Assembly: GCA_054661495.1 (NCBI GenBank)
Contig: BAAFSQ010000313.1
Coordinates: 1 to 11,055, forward strand
DNA: 11,055 nucleotides
Reading direction: 5' to 3'
Source of the DNA: Zygophlyctis sp. KS116
Lineage: Eukaryota > Fungi > Chytridiomycota
The position numbers and the translations under genes were made by a program. Positions 9,147-11,055 of this stretch are shown here, piece after piece (position 1 is the stretch's first letter; every line of letters begins with the position of its first letter). Below the pieces are notes generated by a model. The model was not told the origin of the DNA, ran no database searches, and saw nothing but the letters and a program-made list of their open reading frames with translations.

Positions 9147-10681
9147 TTAATCACTCTCTTCAGAGATCTCCTGGGCATCTTGAGAACTATCTTGACCATT
9201 CTGCTGACCAATCTCTTGGCTAATGTCGTGGGGTATATCCCCATTAGTTTGATTAAAAGAATTAATGCCAGAATTAACACTAGAATTGCTTTCAACTCTT
9301 TCAGATACTGTATTTCCTTCATCTGTTGAAAATATTGATTCATCATATAATCCAGTGGATTTCAATTCTCTTTCTAAAGCACGTCTAGATCGTGATTCTC
9401 GTTGTTTCTTCATTTGTAATTCTTTCTTTTCCTCTATTGTAAGAACAGGGGATTTAATTCGTCTTCTTTGACTACGTCTTCCTTGGGAAAAATCTTGTAA
9501 AAAGTCTAGAGACTGAATTTCAAGTTTTTCTAATTCTCTGGATTTTATCCGAAATGATTTTTTAGCATTTGCTACTCTTTCTTCATAATCCCGCCTTTTA
9601 TCACATTCTTTTTCGTATTCCTATTTATTAAACTAGAGAAAATGAACAAAAATTATAATTATGGAATAAAGAAAATAATACCTCTAAATATGGAATAACA
9701 TCTTCTAAAACACCCGATAAGTATGAGTGTAATTTCTTGTCATTTCTATTTCTACTCCCACTTAAAGATTCTTTAAATTCAGTCCATTCTGTACTTTTAT
9801 CAGCCACTAAAATCCATTTTTCAGCATCGTTTTTAAAAGTTTCTGATTTTTCTGGTAATGACTGTTTATAAAGACGATGATCTATCCAATTTTCATAATT
9901 TTTTAATTACCGTGAAAATGCCAGTAAGCAAAAGACTCTGTTGAATCATAACCTATTGGCCCCATTCTCTAATATAAGTAAAAAACCAATTACCCAAATC
10001 CAAGCCGCATCACTTTCATTAGTATAAATAAGTTGATTAAATGTATCCGGATTGTCAAATTGCCATTCACATAGACAATAAATTATAAGAATCTTTGATA
10101 AGTTTTTCAATCAATTACCTTGTGTCTTAAGGAAATATCTTTATAATTCAATTCTGGAGACCAGTCCATATTCGACCCAATTTCATCCAGGCTTGAAACA
10201 TAAGGCTCCATTCCAATATAAGAACGATACTCAATCCACTCTTGTTCTATTTTTTTCCTTTTTTCAAACTGTCCGGGCAAGACTTCTAACCAATTTTTCA
10301 AGTTTACTGTTTTTGATTTATATAGTGTCTTTAATAGTTTTACATGAATCATCATCAATTCTTGGTCGTCTGTCATGATTGTCCGATCACAACTTTTTAT
10401 CAGTTGCTCTTCAAAATCCTAAAATAAATCGTTTCAGAGACTACCCGTGTATTAAAAGATTCTAGACTAAAACCATCTTGAAATAGCACAAGAAACTGGC
10501 AGGCCGCTATAAACTCCCAACAGCCTCGAATCTCTTTCCTCTGCTCCGAAACAATTGCTTCTTTATCAGACTCTAAATTTGACCGGACATCATTTCCATT
10601 CAGAATACTTGTTGGCAATGATTCTGCAGAAGAATTGAGAGCTGCATCATCCTCATTTCCGTCCAGAGCAGTTGATTCCAT
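9147..10681 (-). CDS. DDT/WHIM-motif chromatin protein (ISWI-remodeller accessory subunit type, RSF1/CECR2-like N-terminal architecture), ~455 aa. Exons 10681-10445, 10418-10119, 10092-9994, 9968-9911, 9881-9682, 9620-9147
   Basis: Five introns (26, 26, 25, 29, 61 nt) give 1368 nt in frame. Motifs: WEFIAACQFLVLF (DDT-like), HKILIIYCLCEWQFD (WHIM1-like), RMGPIGYDS...YWHFHDHRLYKQ and WILVADKSTEWTEFKESL (WHIM2/3-like). These are followed by an Arg/Lys/Glu-rich coiled-coil and an acidic Ser/Gln tail. The family assignment is from motif recall. Confidence 0.72.
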
Positions 10682-10876
10682 TTAAACAGATGCAAGACTC
10701 TCCTAAACCTCAATTGGAGTTTTAAGTTTCTTATAATGCTTCAGACAATCATTAAACATCCATCAAACAGACCCATATCTTTGGCACTGGATTTACTTTT
10801 GATGTATTTTTAGATCTTGAACAGTAAAGATCGATTTCGGACCAATGTCTTGAAGCGCGTCAGGTTCGTGTCAAAA

Positions 10877-11055
10877 ATGTTGAAATCAATCTTTTTATTG
10901 GCATTTACTGCCGTCTGCTATGGATCAGTAATTAAGAGACAAGTAGTTGTTGAGAGTGCTGTTAAAACGGAAGCTGTTATTTTACCAACACCAATTGGCA
11001 ATGTTTCGGACACGGCTTCTGGACAAAATATTACCATCGACGCTCTACTCCCACC
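10877..11055 (+). CDS. Secreted protein, N-terminal fragment (runs off window end)
   Basis: AAAAATG context; the frame is open to the window edge: MLKSIFLLAFTAVCYGSVIKRQVVVESAVKTEAVILPTPIGNVSDTASGQNITIDALLP. It shows a signal-peptide-like N-terminus, a dibasic KR site and two N-glycosylation sequons. Absent from the ORF track. Confidence 0.7.
   Translation, partial: MLKSIFLLAFTAVCYGSVIKRQVVVESAVKTEAVILPTPIGNVSDTASGQNITIDALLP

Noticed and set aside
9101-9471. Overlapping ORFs 9101-9346(-), 9117-9329(+), 9265-9471(+); also 10193-10378(+), 7555-7797(+), 276-467(+)
   Set aside because: They are alternative-frame or antisense by-products of better-supported exons.
1-11055. Prokaryotic or pseudogene interpretation of the many short ORFs
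   Set aside because: Every break coincides with a GT-AG segment whose removal restores the frame, and intron positions are shared between the paralogs.
1-11055. Ciliate-type or other alternative genetic code, suggested by the tiny introns
   Set aside because: All five complete models end in TAA, and I found no in-frame TAA/TAG/TGA within the exons I translated.

Overview
AT-rich eukaryotic genomic DNA with the standard genetic code and extremely compact gene packing. A fungal, possibly chytrid-like, origin is my inference from the gene families and gene structure. The fragmented ORF track is explained by about 35 GT-AG spliceosomal introns, 33 of them only 25-31 nt. Manual splicing gives 7 genes: (1) a 3'-truncated helical protein on the minus strand; (2) a UPF0658-like multi-TM membrane protein; (3-4) a tandem pair of 5-TM Prominin/Tweety-superfamily-like glycoprotein genes (~785 aa and ~1025 aa) with identical internal exon lengths; (5) a TM + RING-H2 E3 ligase; (6) a DDT/WHIM-type chromatin-remodeller accessory protein; (7) the start of a secreted protein. 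The most interesting element is the pentaspan pair, which has Tweety-like N-termini and Prominin-sized ectodomains. The first copy is preceded by a tandem array of CACGAAA (SCB-like) boxes. All gene models were spliced by hand and have no transcript support.
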